Positions 1 to 10,222 of a stretch of 43,844 nucleotides of DNA are shown here, in pieces. The DNA is taken from the sequence record SRR16203515_1307. One strand, 5' to 3'. Every line of letters begins with the position of its first letter. The stretch's first letter is position 1. Both the position numbers and the translations under genes were made by a program. The notes beneath the pieces are model-generated. The model worked only from the letters and a program-made list of their open reading frames with translations. It was not told the DNA's origin and searched no databases.

Positions 1-1
1 T

Positions 2-289
<288 letters not shown>

Positions 290-326
290 GTTAACTTACG
301 ATAGCTAGTTTCATTAACTACATACG

Positions 327-356
327 AAAAAAGGTCACAATAATGTGACCTTTTTT
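327..356. terminator. Bidirectional intrinsic terminator between convergent murA and degS
   Basis: AAAAAA-GGTCACA-ataa-TGTGACC-TTTTTT. Confidence 0.85.
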
Positions 357-439
357 GTGCTAGAAGGTTATTAAAGCTAGAAGGTTATTTAAATTAGCCG
401 TAAAGATCAGCTGGCCTTAAGCATTATTTTAACTTTCTA

Positions 440-1522
440 TTATTCGCCGGTTTTTTCTTCTATCAATACAGGGACAGTCAGTTGCTGATCTTTTCGGTAA
501 ATCTTAAATTCTAGAGAAGTATTTGGCGCCGTTTCCGCGACAATATCGAGTGCGTGGGTAATAGAATTTACTGGAATGCCGGCTATTTCGTAGATCACAT
601 CACCGCGTTGTAACCCTGCTTTTAACGCCGGACTATTCTCGCTTACCTCATCAATAACGATACCTTTTAAACTATCTATGTAGCTGCGAGCTGAAACTCC
701 AAGCCAACCGCGTACAACGCGTCCATTTTCGATAATTTTATGCATTATCTTGTTTGCAAGCTTGAAAGGCACAGCAAAGAATATTCCTTGGATACTTGAT
801 TGAGCATCAAGTTGTTCAAATTGCGCGTCTGATAATTCGAATTTACGAGAATTTATGCCAACCAAGTCGCCATTGGTATCGACTAAAGCGCCACCCGAAT
901 TACCGAAGTTTATCGCTGCGTCCATTTGTAAGAATTCTAAGTAACTGGTGTTGCTTAATCCATTGCGGCCGGTGGCGCTTATAATACCTTGTGTCACCGT
1001 TTGCCCTAAATTTAATGGGTTACCTATGGCAAGTACGATGTCACCTACCAATGATGTTTGATTGCCGTCTTGCGGTATCACCGGAAGATTAATGGCATTA
1101 ACCTTCAATAAAGCTAAATCAGTGTATTTGTCAAAACCGATTAACTCTGCTGGGTATCGGTTGCCATTTTGCAACCAAACTTCAATGAGTGCCGCGTTTT
1201 GCACTACATGCAAGTTAGTTAAAATATATCCGTCCGCTCGCATGATTACGCCTGAGCCTAATCTCGTTGCATTTCGAGGGCTTCCATAATATGGATTGCG
1301 CTGAATTTCTGTCGAATAAATATTAACCACTGATGGGCTAGCGTTCTTTACTGCTCTTGCATATGACAAGGGCGCTGGCTTAACTGTGTTGGTATCGAAA
1401 GCTTCCAAAAGCAAAGTACTTTTGTGCCTTAGCTCTGGCACAAGTAATAGTAATGCTATTGCAATCATTACACCGTAACTAGCAGCCTGGAAAACATATT
1501 TTAAGAAGGCGAGAATTTTCAA
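440..1522 (-). CDS. degS: Stress sensor serine protease DegS
   Basis: N-terminal TM anchor, trypsin domain (LTNLHVV, DLALLK, GNSGG), one PDZ domain; downstream of degQ. Confidence 0.92.
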   Translation of the reverse strand: MKILAFLKYVFQAASYGVMIAIALLLLVPELRHKSTLLLEAFDTNTVKPAPLSYARAVKNASPSVVNIYSTEIQRNPYYGSPRNATRLGSGVIMRADGYILTNLHVVQNAALIEVWLQNGNRYPAELIGFDKYTDLALLKVNAINLPVIPQDGNQTSLVGDIVLAIGNPLNLGQTVTQGIISATGRNGLSNTSYLEFLQMDAAINFGNSGGALVDTNGDLVGINSRKFELSDAQFEQLDAQSSIQGIFFAVPFKLANKIMHKIIENGRVVRGWLGVSARSYIDSLKGIVIDEVSENSPALKAGLQRGDVIYEIAGIPVNSITHALDIVAETAPNTSLEFKIYRKDQQLTVPVLIEEKTGE

Positions 1523-1645
1523 ATGAGATTATTTTAGTGTCGTTTTTTTCAAGGGTATCACATGTTTGGTTACAGTTTAATAAAGGTAAAAAAAATGGCC
1601 CTAAAAAGGACCATTTTCACATATTAAATTGTTAGTAAAAAAGAG

Positions 1646-3007
1646 CTATCTAACCATTAAGTATAAGTTGTTATCGCCTCGGTTAATATTTAAAGCGAAA
1701 ACACCTTTGTGGTCTTTCAAGTAGCTACGTAACTCACCAATAGACTTTAATCGTTTACGATTAATACCATTGATAACATCTTTAGCTCGTAAACCCGCTA
1801 CTGCTGCTGGACTATTTTGCGCGACAGATTTCACCATCACACCGTCGCCATTAGTATTATTCTCCAACTCCGCACCTTCTAACATCGGATGGATACTCGA
1901 GGCTTCTATGTTAGCAGTCTCAGACTTTTGTAAAGTGACAGAGTACTCTTTCTCTTTACCGTCTTTTCGAATAACAGTGATTTTTACTTTCTTGCCCGCA
2001 CCAATTGAACCGATCTTAGCGCGTAATTCGTTGAAGGACTGAATGTTCTGTCCGTTAACTTTAATGATCACGTCGCCAGCTTGAATACCTGCTTCTTCAG
2101 CAGCTGAGCCGGGAACCACTAATTCAACAAAGCCACCACGGTTAATATCCAATTCCATCGCTTTGGCAATTTCACTGTTTACGCTACGTCCTGATACTCC
2201 TAAAACCCCGCGTCTTACTTCGCCAAATTCAATAATCTGATTAACCAAGTTCGACATCATATTACTCGGAATAGCAAAGCCAATGCCTACGTTACCGCCA
2301 CTTGGGCCAATAATTGCGGTGTTAATACCAATTAATTCACCACGTAAATTAACTAAGGCACCACCTGAGTTACCACTATTAATCGCAGCATCTGTTTGAA
2401 TAAAGTCTTCAAAGTTTTCGATATTTAAACCACTGCGACCTAACGCACTGACAATACCTGAAGTCACTGTTTGTCCTAAGCCAAATGGGCTACCAATTGC
2501 AACGGTGAAATCGCCAACGCGCAAAGCATCAGAGTTCGCAATTTTAATTTCGCGTAAATCTTCGGCATCGATTTGCAACAAAGCAATATCACTTCCGGCG
2601 TCGGCGCCTATTTTTTTGGCTTCGAACTGACGACCGTCTTTTAAGGTCACTAGAATTTCATCAGCTTCATTAATGACGTGATTGTTTGTCACTATGTAGC
2701 CTTCATCTGCATCAACAATAACACCTGAACCTAACCCTCGAAAAGGTCTTTCTTGCGGTTGTTGTTGCTGTTGTCTTGGGTTTCCAAAGAAGAATTTAAA
2801 AGCATCTGGTACTCGGTCTTCAACTTCGTGAGTACCTTTCACCGATATGCTAACAACGGCAGGGGTCGCTTCGTCTAACATCGGTGCAAGGCTCGGCAGC
2901 GTTGCACCTTCTACAGCGATAGGTAAGTTTGCTTGTACTGGAAGGCTCGATAAAGCAAGTGCGCTCGAAATAATTGAAGCACTTAAAACAGCAGTCAGTT
3001 TATTCAT
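1646..3007 (-). CDS. degQ: Periplasmic HtrA-family serine endoprotease DegQ
   Basis: Signal peptide, TNNHV/DIALL/GNSGG triad motifs, two PDZ domains; zapG-degQ-degS order. Confidence 0.92.
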   Translation of the reverse strand: MNKLTAVLSASIISSALALSSLPVQANLPIAVEGATLPSLAPMLDEATPAVVSISVKGTHEVEDRVPDAFKFFFGNPRQQQQQPQERPFRGLGSGVIVDADEGYIVTNNHVINEADEILVTLKDGRQFEAKKIGADAGSDIALLQIDAEDLREIKIANSDALRVGDFTVAIGSPFGLGQTVTSGIVSALGRSGLNIENFEDFIQTDAAINSGNSGGALVNLRGELIGINTAIIGPSGGNVGIGFAIPSNMMSNLVNQIIEFGEVRRGVLGVSGRSVNSEIAKAMELDINRGGFVELVVPGSAAEEAGIQAGDVIIKVNGQNIQSFNELRAKIGSIGAGKKVKITVIRKDGKEKEYSVTLQKSETANIEASSIHPMLEGAELENNTNGDGVMVKSVAQNSPAAVAGLRAKDVINGINRKRLKSIGELRSYLKDHKGVFALNINRGDNNLYLMVR

Positions 3008-3087
3008 AACGTGTAATTTTCCTTAAACATTAATGCTAATTTGTTTGTTTAAAAGACTGGTTTATTTCCGTTTAGTTCCTAAAAAGG

Positions 3088-3543
3088 TTACTCGGCATTT
3101 GTAACAGTTTGTTTCTTGTCGTCAAATAGACCACTCGGATTACCAGAATAATCTAATGGTGGCTCGGTGATTTCAGCTGGTTTTTCTTTCTTCTCTTTTT
3201 TCTCATGACGTAATGTTACTGTTTGAGCTAGTTGCTCTTGAGTTTCTTTCGAGAAAAAAGGCATCGAACTATTCTCTTCTGGCGTAGCCTGTTGCAACAA
3301 CGTTGTACTCTTGGCCATTTGTGACATTGCGTCTTGGCAAGTGGCATTCATTTGTTCAAGCAACTTGGCTGAACTGTCTAAATGCTCTGCTACATCAATT
3401 TTATATTGTTGAAGCGCTGCTTCACTTTGATTTGCTTTCTCAGCAAACTCTTGCTCTTTCGAAGAAGAAGTCATTAAACGAGCAGCAAAAAAGCCTACTG
3501 CACTGCCTACTAAAAATATAATGAACCCTATTACTACATTCAT
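3088..3543 (-). CDS. zapG: YhcB/ZapG (DUF1043) family membrane-anchored protein
   Basis: N-terminal TM, coiled coil, PPLDY motif near C-terminus; conserved position between zapE and degQ. Confidence 0.85.
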   Translation of the reverse strand: MNVVIGFIIFLVGSAVGFFAARLMTSSSKEQEFAEKANQSEAALQQYKIDVAEHLDSSAKLLEQMNATCQDAMSQMAKSTTLLQQATPEENSSMPFFSKETQEQLAQTVTLRHEKKEKKEKPAEITEPPLDYSGNPSGLFDDKKQTVTNAE

Positions 3544-3680
3544 ACTGAGAACCCTTCGTTGTATTCGTGGAAAAAATTGGTGAAAATAAGAGTTAATATA
3601 ACGTGCTTAACTTGTCTAAGATAGTATATATATTCGCAATATTGTTAATTCAAGTTCCCCTTTTACAAAATGGTTAGTTA

Positions 3681-4796
3681 ATGATTAATCTTTCGCCTAT
3701 TGAGAAGTATAACCAAGATTTAAATAGAGAAGATTTTCTCTTTGATGCAGCACAAGAAAATGCTGTTAAACATTTACAGCGCTTGTATGAAGACCTGCAA
3801 AGTAAGCCGCTGCCAGTAACAGGATTTAAAAAAGTTCTTAACCGTTGGAAACGCGTCGTCAAAAAACAAGAAAAACAATCGGTAAAAGGGTTGTATTTTT
3901 GGGGCGGTGTTGGGCGTGGAAAAACGTATCTAGTCGATACTTTTTATGATTGCTTGCCTTTTGAAAATAAAACTCGTGTGCACTTTCATCGATTTATGCA
4001 TCGTGTTCATCAAGAATTAAAATCCCTGCAGGGTCAGTCAGATCCTTTAAAACATATTGCTAAAAAATTCTCTGAAGAAACCTGCATTATTTGTTTTGAT
4101 GAGTTTTTTGTTTCTGACATTACCGACGCGATGATTCTAGGCTCATTATTTGAAGAATTGTTCGCGCACAATGTCACCTTAGTTGCTACTTCTAATATTA
4201 TTCCTGATGAGTTATATCGTAACGGTTTGCAGCGCGCTCGATTTATTCCTTGTATTGATTTGATTAACAAAAATACTGAAGTTGTTAATGTAGATAGCGG
4301 TGTTGATTACCGGTTAAGAACACTAGAACAAGCTGAAATATATCATTTTCCACTCGATCAACAAGCTGAAGAAAATTTACATCGCTACTTTAAACAATTG
4401 TCTGTAGAGCCAGGCCAGAAGGGCGTTGATATTGAAATTAATAATCGTCAACTCCCAACAGTTGAAGTATCTGATGGTGTCGTGCATTTCGAGTTCTCAG
4501 TATTATGTGAAAGTGCAAGAAGCCAAGGAGATTATATGGAAATCAGTCGCCTTTATCATACGGTGTTGCTAGCGAATGTGACACAACTGCACGCTGAAAA
4601 TGATGACGCAACTCGCCGATTTATTGCGTTGGTTGATGAGTTTTATGAGCGTAATGTGAAACTTATTATTTCAGCGAACGTTGCTTTGGAAGACTTATAC
4701 GTTGATGGTCGATTAGTATTTGAATTCAAGCGTTGTTTAAGTCGCCTTCAAGAAATGCAGTCGCATGACTACCTCGCAAGCGAGCACTTGCCTTAA
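3681..4796 (+). CDS. zapE: Cell division ATPase ZapE (AFG1 family)
   Basis: GLYFWGGVGRGKT Walker A, RVHFHRFM, CFDEF Walker B, RCLSRLQEMQS. Confidence 0.95.
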   Translation: MINLSPIEKYNQDLNREDFLFDAAQENAVKHLQRLYEDLQSKPLPVTGFKKVLNRWKRVVKKQEKQSVKGLYFWGGVGRGKTYLVDTFYDCLPFENKTRVHFHRFMHRVHQELKSLQGQSDPLKHIAKKFSEETCIICFDEFFVSDITDAMILGSLFEELFAHNVTLVATSNIIPDELYRNGLQRARFIPCIDLINKNTEVVNVDSGVDYRLRTLEQAEIYHFPLDQQAEENLHRYFKQLSVEPGQKGVDIEINNRQLPTVEVSDGVVHFEFSVLCESARSQGDYMEISRLYHTVLLANVTQLHAENDDATRRFIALVDEFYERNVKLIISANVALEDLYVDGRLVFEFKRCLSRLQEMQSHDYLASEHLP

Positions 4797-4824
4797 TCTC
4801 AAAAGCTATCAATTTCAGATACCT

Positions 4825-4853
4825 AAAAAGCCAACATACTTGTTGGCTTTTTT
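4825..4853. terminator. Bidirectional intrinsic terminator after zapE
   Basis: AAAAA-GCCAACA-tact-TGTTGGC-TTTTTT between convergent genes. Confidence 0.85.
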
Positions 4854-4875
4854 ATGACTTACTCTTGACCAGAAA

Positions 4876-5172
4876 CTAATTGTCTACTCCCCAATCGAGA
4901 TCGATATCCGCTTCTATCTCTCTTTCGATAATTTCACGTTCTATTTCTCGACGAACAATTTCATCTTCAATAATACGATTCTCAAGTTGATTGCAATAGG
5001 CGTCTCGCGACATATTACCCGTAGAAAAACCATCGCATGGGCGATGATAGCCACCACCTCCATGGTAAATGGTTGAACCGCCCGACGCGTTGCCATTTCC
5101 TGAGCTTGCACAACCCGTTAAAGTAAGTATGCTCACCATTGATAAAAAAGCTAAATGTTTGAAAGTAAACAT
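4876..5172 (-). CDS. Small hypothetical lipoprotein (98 aa) with acidic repeat C-terminus
   Basis: ATG at 5172 gives MFTFKHLAFLSMVSILTLTG-C (lipobox LTGC), a Gly/Ser linker, two more Cys and an E/I/R repeat tail; purine-rich RBS upstream. Confidence 0.75.
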   Translation of the reverse strand: MFTFKHLAFLSMVSILTLTGCASSGNGNASGGSTIYHGGGGYHRPCDGFSTGNMSRDAYCNQLENRIIEDEIVRREIEREIIEREIEADIDLDWGVDN

Positions 5173-5283
5173 AACGTTCCCCTGTATCTCTAATGACAAT
5201 GCTCGCCAGAACTTAATTCCGCACTTTAGCAAGTGACAAACTTAGCAATTGCCTTTACACTTTTTTAAGCTTTGACTCACTTA

Positions 5284-5721
5284 TTAATCCCAGTCGTAGT
5301 CCAAATCATCTTCAATTTCGCGAATGGCTATTTCGTCGTCAATTACTCCCATATCAAGTTCATCTTCCAAATCTTGTCGAATGATCTCATCTTCTATATC
5401 TCTGCGGTCAAGTTCGTCTTCGATATCACTATCGATGTATACATCTTCTAAGTCGCGTATGTCACGACGACAGCGGTCAGCTTGAATAGAGCCTTCAACT
5501 AGTCCATCGATAGCGCCAACCGAACCACCTATTGCAGCGCCACGTTTTGCGCCTTGCTTGCCGTCAACGATGCCGCCAACAATTGCGCCTGCTACTGCGC
5601 CTTCAACGCCACCAACAACTGTGTCGGCAAGTACATCATCACAGTAGTCGCTCGCCATAGAAGGAGCGTTCAACATACTTGTGCTTAAAAGACCTGCAAT
5701 AATTAATGATTTATTTTTCAT
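5284..5721 (-). CDS. Secreted glycine-zipper protein with acidic repeat C-terminus
   Basis: Signal peptide ending PSMA, GxxxG repeats (GGVEGAVAGAIVGG...GAAIGGSVGAIDG), D/E-rich tail. Confidence 0.8.
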   Translation of the reverse strand: MKNKSLIIAGLLSTSMLNAPSMASDYCDDVLADTVVGGVEGAVAGAIVGGIVDGKQGAKRGAAIGGSVGAIDGLVEGSIQADRCRRDIRDLEDVYIDSDIEDELDRRDIEDEIIRQDLEDELDMGVIDDEIAIREIEDDLDYDWD

Positions 5722-6008
5722 AATAATCCCTAAGATTGATATTGTTGTTGGGGAGTCATTACCAAATCAAACTCACCAACTTTAAAGATGAGGTCAGTAT
5801 AGAGATCGTAAAAATTTAAGCTGTTGAAGTTTGTTAAAAAAATGTTGTAAAAATGTACACTTTTTATCTTGTTGATATATATAAAATAAATAAAAGATAT
5901 TTTACTCAAGCAATGCGCAGGTGACAGAAAGTTACAACTGTAGAGGGCTATTTTTTACTGAAGGTGTTAAAAAGTCATTTTATGAATAGGTCAGCTATCT
6001 ATCGTAAG

Positions 6009-7028
6009 TCACCTAAAGAGTCCACGATACTGGCTCGGCGCCATGCCTGTCCAGCTTTTGAAAGCCCGCGAAAATGCTCTCGCTTCGCTATATCCCAATA
6101 ATTCTGCAATAACTTCATTGGTATAATTCGTTTTTTGCAATGTTGTCATCGCTTTCGATTTAGTAAAGTCGGCTTTTAATTCACCGAAGTTAGTTGATAG
6201 TTCGGCAAGCTTTCTGCGTAAAGTAGCGCTACTAATATTTAGAATATTAGATACATCGCTTGCTGTTAGTATCTTCTGAGATTCCTTAAAGTGCTTTGCT
6301 AACAAAAGCTTAACTTGGTGACTGATCGCATGTTCTTCGCCCGGAAAATGCAAAACCATCATGGGAAATTCTTTAATTAACTTTAAAAATGCATTGCGGT
6401 CTTTTACTACAGGTAATTGCAATAATTTTTCATCAAAAACCAATCCATTTTGAGGTTGAGAGAACTTAACTGGGCACCTAAAAAGCAAGGTGAATTCCTT
6501 TTTGTATCCTTTCGGGAAGTAAGTAACTTGAGCAAAATTAAGAGCGATTTTTTTACCTGCTAGCCAACTTAAAATTCGATGAATGAAAACGAGTAGATAC
6601 TCGAGTAAGAAGTTATCAGGGTCTTCATGGTTATGGGTTAATGATAAAGCAAAATTTCGATTCTTATTGTTTGATTCATCCTCTATCGATACAGACTCAA
6701 AGCTTAATTGACAACCTACAAGCGAAAAACTCGTGGTTAGGTTGGTAATAGCCTGCCCAATTGTCTGGCAAAAATATAAGCTCTGTAAAAGTTGCGAAAA
6801 ATATGAAAGCGGAACTGGCTGAGACGAAAACCCTAAGAACGCATCATTAGTTTCGGCTGCAATCGCATTGAGGAACAGCGTCATTGAAGCATCGTTAATT
6901 CTTTCCGTTACATTTTCACTGGTTGTAGACTTAATACCTGCAATCGACATGAGCGATTTTGTATCTATGTTTTTTCCGCGAGCTGCGCTAGAGCACGCAC
7001 TTAGATAGTATCTTCCTATCGTTGCCAT
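6009..7028 (-). CDS. AraC-family transcriptional regulator (OruR/VqsM-like architecture)
   Basis: C-terminal double HTH (SATLRRKL...IAELLGYSEARAFSRAFKSWTGMAPSQYR); start placed at ATG 7028 (MATIG), ORF is open to 7121. Confidence 0.88.
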   Translation of the reverse strand: MATIGRYYLSACSSAARGKNIDTKSLMSIAGIKSTTSENVTERINDASMTLFLNAIAAETNDAFLGFSSQPVPLSYFSQLLQSLYFCQTIGQAITNLTTSFSLVGCQLSFESVSIEDESNNKNRNFALSLTHNHEDPDNFLLEYLLVFIHRILSWLAGKKIALNFAQVTYFPKGYKKEFTLLFRCPVKFSQPQNGLVFDEKLLQLPVVKDRNAFLKLIKEFPMMVLHFPGEEHAISHQVKLLLAKHFKESQKILTASDVSNILNISSATLRRKLAELSTNFGELKADFTKSKAMTTLQKTNYTNEVIAELLGYSEARAFSRAFKSWTGMAPSQYRGLFR

Positions 7029-7166
7029 AGTTTCTGTCGATTGTTTGTGATTGATGTATTGAGCGATATTGTGACATAGATGTCTATATTTGTCCTGTCG
7101 CTTGAGGGCGCTATACTTCAAAATAACCTCATTGAAATACCATTAAGTCTATTAGCGAGTTAAGCA

Positions 7167-8315
7167 ATGCAAATATCATTTACTGAAGAAGAGCTAATGA
7201 TCCAAGAGACTGCCAAGCAGTTTGCGGATACCGAGTTAAAACCAAATACAAAAAAAGTGGAAAAGCCAGAAGGTCGTTCACTATTTTTGGAAAACATCGC
7301 AAAACTTGGCGAGCTAGGTTTTATGGGGATTAACATCAAAGAATCCTACGGTGGCATTGAAGCTGGCAGTGCGGCTTTTTCTTTGGCAATTACCGAATTA
7401 GCAAGAGGGTGCGCATCAACAGCAGTGACTACATCAGTAACCAATATGGTGGCCGAAGTGATTCAAGCGGTGGGCAACGATGAACAGAAACAAAGCTATT
7501 TACCTCGTATCTGTTCAGGTGAATTTTGTGCTGCTGGTTTCTGCTTAACAGAGTCAACGGCGGGTTCAGATCCTTCTGCAATGAAAACTACTGCGACGAA
7601 ACAAGGCGACTCATATGTTTTGAGTGGTACAAAGCTTTATATTACTTCGGCAGAGTACGCGAATTTATTTGTTGTTTGGGCGGTGACAGATGCATCAGCA
7701 CCTAAAGGAAAAGGTATTAGCTGTTTCTTAGTCGATGCGGATCTTCCGGGTATTTCTGTGAGCAAAGGCGAAGAGAAAATGGGACAGAAAGCGTCTTCTA
7801 CGAACGAAGTAGTTTTTGACAACTGTGTTGTGCCTGCCTCCGCTTTGCTTGGCGACGAGAATCGCGGTTTTAAAATTGCAGTAACAGAATTAGCAGGTGG
7901 CCGCATAGGAATAGCATCGCTGGCGTTGGGCTTAGGCTTGGAAGCGCTAGATTATGCGAAAGAGTTTATAAAAGATCGTAAGCAGTTTGGCCAATCACTT
8001 GCTAACTTCCAAGGCTTGCAATGGATGTTGGCTGACAGATATACGGAATTAGAAGCTGCAAGGTTGTTGATCATGCAAGCGGCGGCTAATAAGGACCAAG
8101 GTGCTCCGTTTGCTACGGCAGCTTCAATGGCAAAAGTTTTCGCATCTGAAAAAGCTAATGATGCGTGTTATACCGCATTACAGTTATTAGGTGGTGCAGG
8201 TTACACCAAAGAATATCCAATTGAGCAACTTGCGCGAGACGTGAGAATTACCACAATTTATGAAGGTACGAGTGAGATCCAACGCGTCATTATCGCACGT
8301 GATATCTTATCCTAA
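7167..8315 (+). CDS. Acyl-CoA dehydrogenase (short/branched-chain type)
   Basis: FCLTESTAGSD, GTKLYIT, EKMG, RKQFG, IYEGTSEIQR motifs. Confidence 0.93.
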   Translation: MQISFTEEELMIQETAKQFADTELKPNTKKVEKPEGRSLFLENIAKLGELGFMGINIKESYGGIEAGSAAFSLAITELARGCASTAVTTSVTNMVAEVIQAVGNDEQKQSYLPRICSGEFCAAGFCLTESTAGSDPSAMKTTATKQGDSYVLSGTKLYITSAEYANLFVVWAVTDASAPKGKGISCFLVDADLPGISVSKGEEKMGQKASSTNEVVFDNCVVPASALLGDENRGFKIAVTELAGGRIGIASLALGLGLEALDYAKEFIKDRKQFGQSLANFQGLQWMLADRYTELEAARLLIMQAAANKDQGAPFATAASMAKVFASEKANDACYTALQLLGGAGYTKEYPIEQLARDVRITTIYEGTSEIQRVIIARDILS

Positions 8316-8441
8316 TTTAATTGATAAAAATTAATGTTGCAGAGCGTTATGTCATGCATAATATGGCGCAATTATTACACTCGCTCAGCAAAAAATAAGC
8401 ATTGAGTCATCATCCTCAGTGCTTTTAGAATACTAAAGAGA

Positions 8442-9518
8442 ATGACTATGTCTATTGAAATGAAGCCACTTGCACCAGAAAATCGTGGCAAATGCCCTGA
8501 AGAGTATACCTTCGGTGGTACTTTTTCTGATCACATGTTTACCCAAGATTATGCGCCAGATACAGGATGGCACAATGCTGAAGTTAGCCCATACCACGCA
8601 TTAACATTAGATCCGTCTGCCGCCGTTTTGCATTACGCGCAAGAAATTTTTGAAGGCTTAAAAGCTTATAAGACTGCAGATGGTCAAGTAAACCTTTTCC
8701 GCCCAGAGGAAAACTTTAAGCGTTTTAACCGTTCAGCAAAACGTATGGTTATGCCTGAAGTCGACGAGTCATTTCATTTAGAAGCTTTGAAGTCTTTGTT
8801 AAAACTGGACCATAAATGGGTGCCAGAGGCGGAAGGTTCTTCACTTTATATTCGCCCTACAATGATCGCGACCAGTTCAAAACTTGGACTTGGTGCAAGT
8901 GCTAATTATACCCACTTTATTATTACGGGTCCTGCAGGCGCATATTTTCAAGGCGGTTTTAAACCTGTTTCTGTTTACGTTGCTGATACATACCGTCGAG
9001 CAGTCGTTGGTGGTGTTGGTGAAGCAAAAACTGGTGGCAACTATGCCGCTAGCCTTTATGTTTCAGAAGAAGTAGCAAAGCTAGGTTACTCACAAGTGCT
9101 ATGGTTAGATGCGGTTGAAGGTAAATACGTTGAAGAAGTAGGCGCAATGAATATTTGTTTCGTTTACAACAATAAACGTATCGTTACGCCAGCGCTAAGC
9201 GGTAGCATTCTCCCAGGTATTACACGAGACTCTATATTGAAGTTGGCTCCTGCTATTGGTTACGAAGTCACAGAAGAACGTTTAGATATCAATCAAATCC
9301 TTGCTGATATCGAAAGCGGTGAAATAACCGAAGCATTTGGTTGTGGAACAGCGGCAGTTATTTCTCCTGTTGGTAAATTATGCCTTAAAGGAAAAGACTA
9401 CGTGATTAACAATAACGTATCAGGTGAAGTTGCCAAGAATCTTTATGACGAATTAACTGGCATTCAATACGGTACGCGCGAAGACAGATTCGGCTGGATA
9501 GAAAAAGTAGAAATTTAA
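8442..9518 (+). CDS. ilvE: Branched-chain amino acid aminotransferase (class IV PLP)
   Basis: LHYAQEIFEGLKAY, YIRP, KTGGNY, EEVGAMN, ILPGITR, GTAAVISP. Confidence 0.93.
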   Translation: MTMSIEMKPLAPENRGKCPEEYTFGGTFSDHMFTQDYAPDTGWHNAEVSPYHALTLDPSAAVLHYAQEIFEGLKAYKTADGQVNLFRPEENFKRFNRSAKRMVMPEVDESFHLEALKSLLKLDHKWVPEAEGSSLYIRPTMIATSSKLGLGASANYTHFIITGPAGAYFQGGFKPVSVYVADTYRRAVVGGVGEAKTGGNYAASLYVSEEVAKLGYSQVLWLDAVEGKYVEEVGAMNICFVYNNKRIVTPALSGSILPGITRDSILKLAPAIGYEVTEERLDINQILADIESGEITEAFGCGTAAVISPVGKLCLKGKDYVINNNVSGEVAKNLYDELTGIQYGTREDRFGWIEKVEI

Positions 9519-9544
9519 GTCGCTATCGGCATTGAAAATACTTT

Positions 9545-9572
9545 AAAAAAGGCTCCTACATGAGCCTTTTTT
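9545..9572 (+). terminator. Intrinsic terminator after ilvE
   Basis: AAAAAA-GGCTC-ctacat-GAGCC-TTTTTT. Confidence 0.8.
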
Positions 9573-9728
9573 ATTCCGTAAATCACCATTCAAACCCTCT
9601 GTCAAAATCGTCTCTCACTGTTGCCTCAAAAAATAAAGCAGTAATTCACTTGGCGTCGCTAAGTTAGACAAGGTAAATTGAATCAAAGTATTCAGTTAGC
9701 AACAATAAAACTTAAAATAAGGTAGCAC

Positions 9729-10202
9729 ATGAGTAAAGTTATCGCGTTGGCGTTAATGGTAGCAGTTGTTTGGTTTCTCTTTTCAAGAAACTCTAATAAC
9801 AAAGAATTAGCACAAGAAAACATTAAACAAGGTCAAGCGTTCCTTGCAAGCAACAAGTTAGAAGAAGGTGTTCAAGAAACCGCGTCGGGTCTTCAATATA
9901 AAGTATTAACGAAGGGGACTGGCGAGCAACATCCTGGTGCTAGAGATAAGGTAGAAGTTCATTACCATGGTACGTTGCTAGATGGCACAGTGTTCGACAG
10001 TTCAGTGGATCGTGGTGAGCCGCTTAGCTTTGGCTTAAACCAAGTGATTGCTGGCTGGACAGAAGGCGTGCAATTGATGGTTGTCGGTGAAAAAACACGC
10101 TTCTTTATTCCTTCAAATTTGGGATACGGTAATAGGGCTGCAGGAAAGATTACGCCCGGTTCAACGCTTATTTTTGACGTTGAACTTCTTGCTATTAAGT
10201 GA
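9729..10202 (+). CDS. FKBP-type peptidyl-prolyl cis-trans isomerase, membrane-anchored
   Basis: SGLQY, VHYHGTLLDGTVFDSS, VIAGWTEG, TLIFDVELL. Confidence 0.93.
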   Translation: MSKVIALALMVAVVWFLFSRNSNNKELAQENIKQGQAFLASNKLEEGVQETASGLQYKVLTKGTGEQHPGARDKVEVHYHGTLLDGTVFDSSVDRGEPLSFGLNQVIAGWTEGVQLMVVGEKTRFFIPSNLGYGNRAAGKITPGSTLIFDVELLAIK

Positions 10203-10222
10203 TCAAATTTCAGGACACATAA

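Noticed and set aside
359-390. Direct repeat GCTAGAAGGTTATT x2
   Set aside because: Only two copies with a 4-nt gap in a convergent intergenic region; local duplication, not a CRISPR array
2755-2775. Poly-Gln tract in DegQ
   Set aside because: In-frame low-complexity linker at the usual variable HtrA loop position
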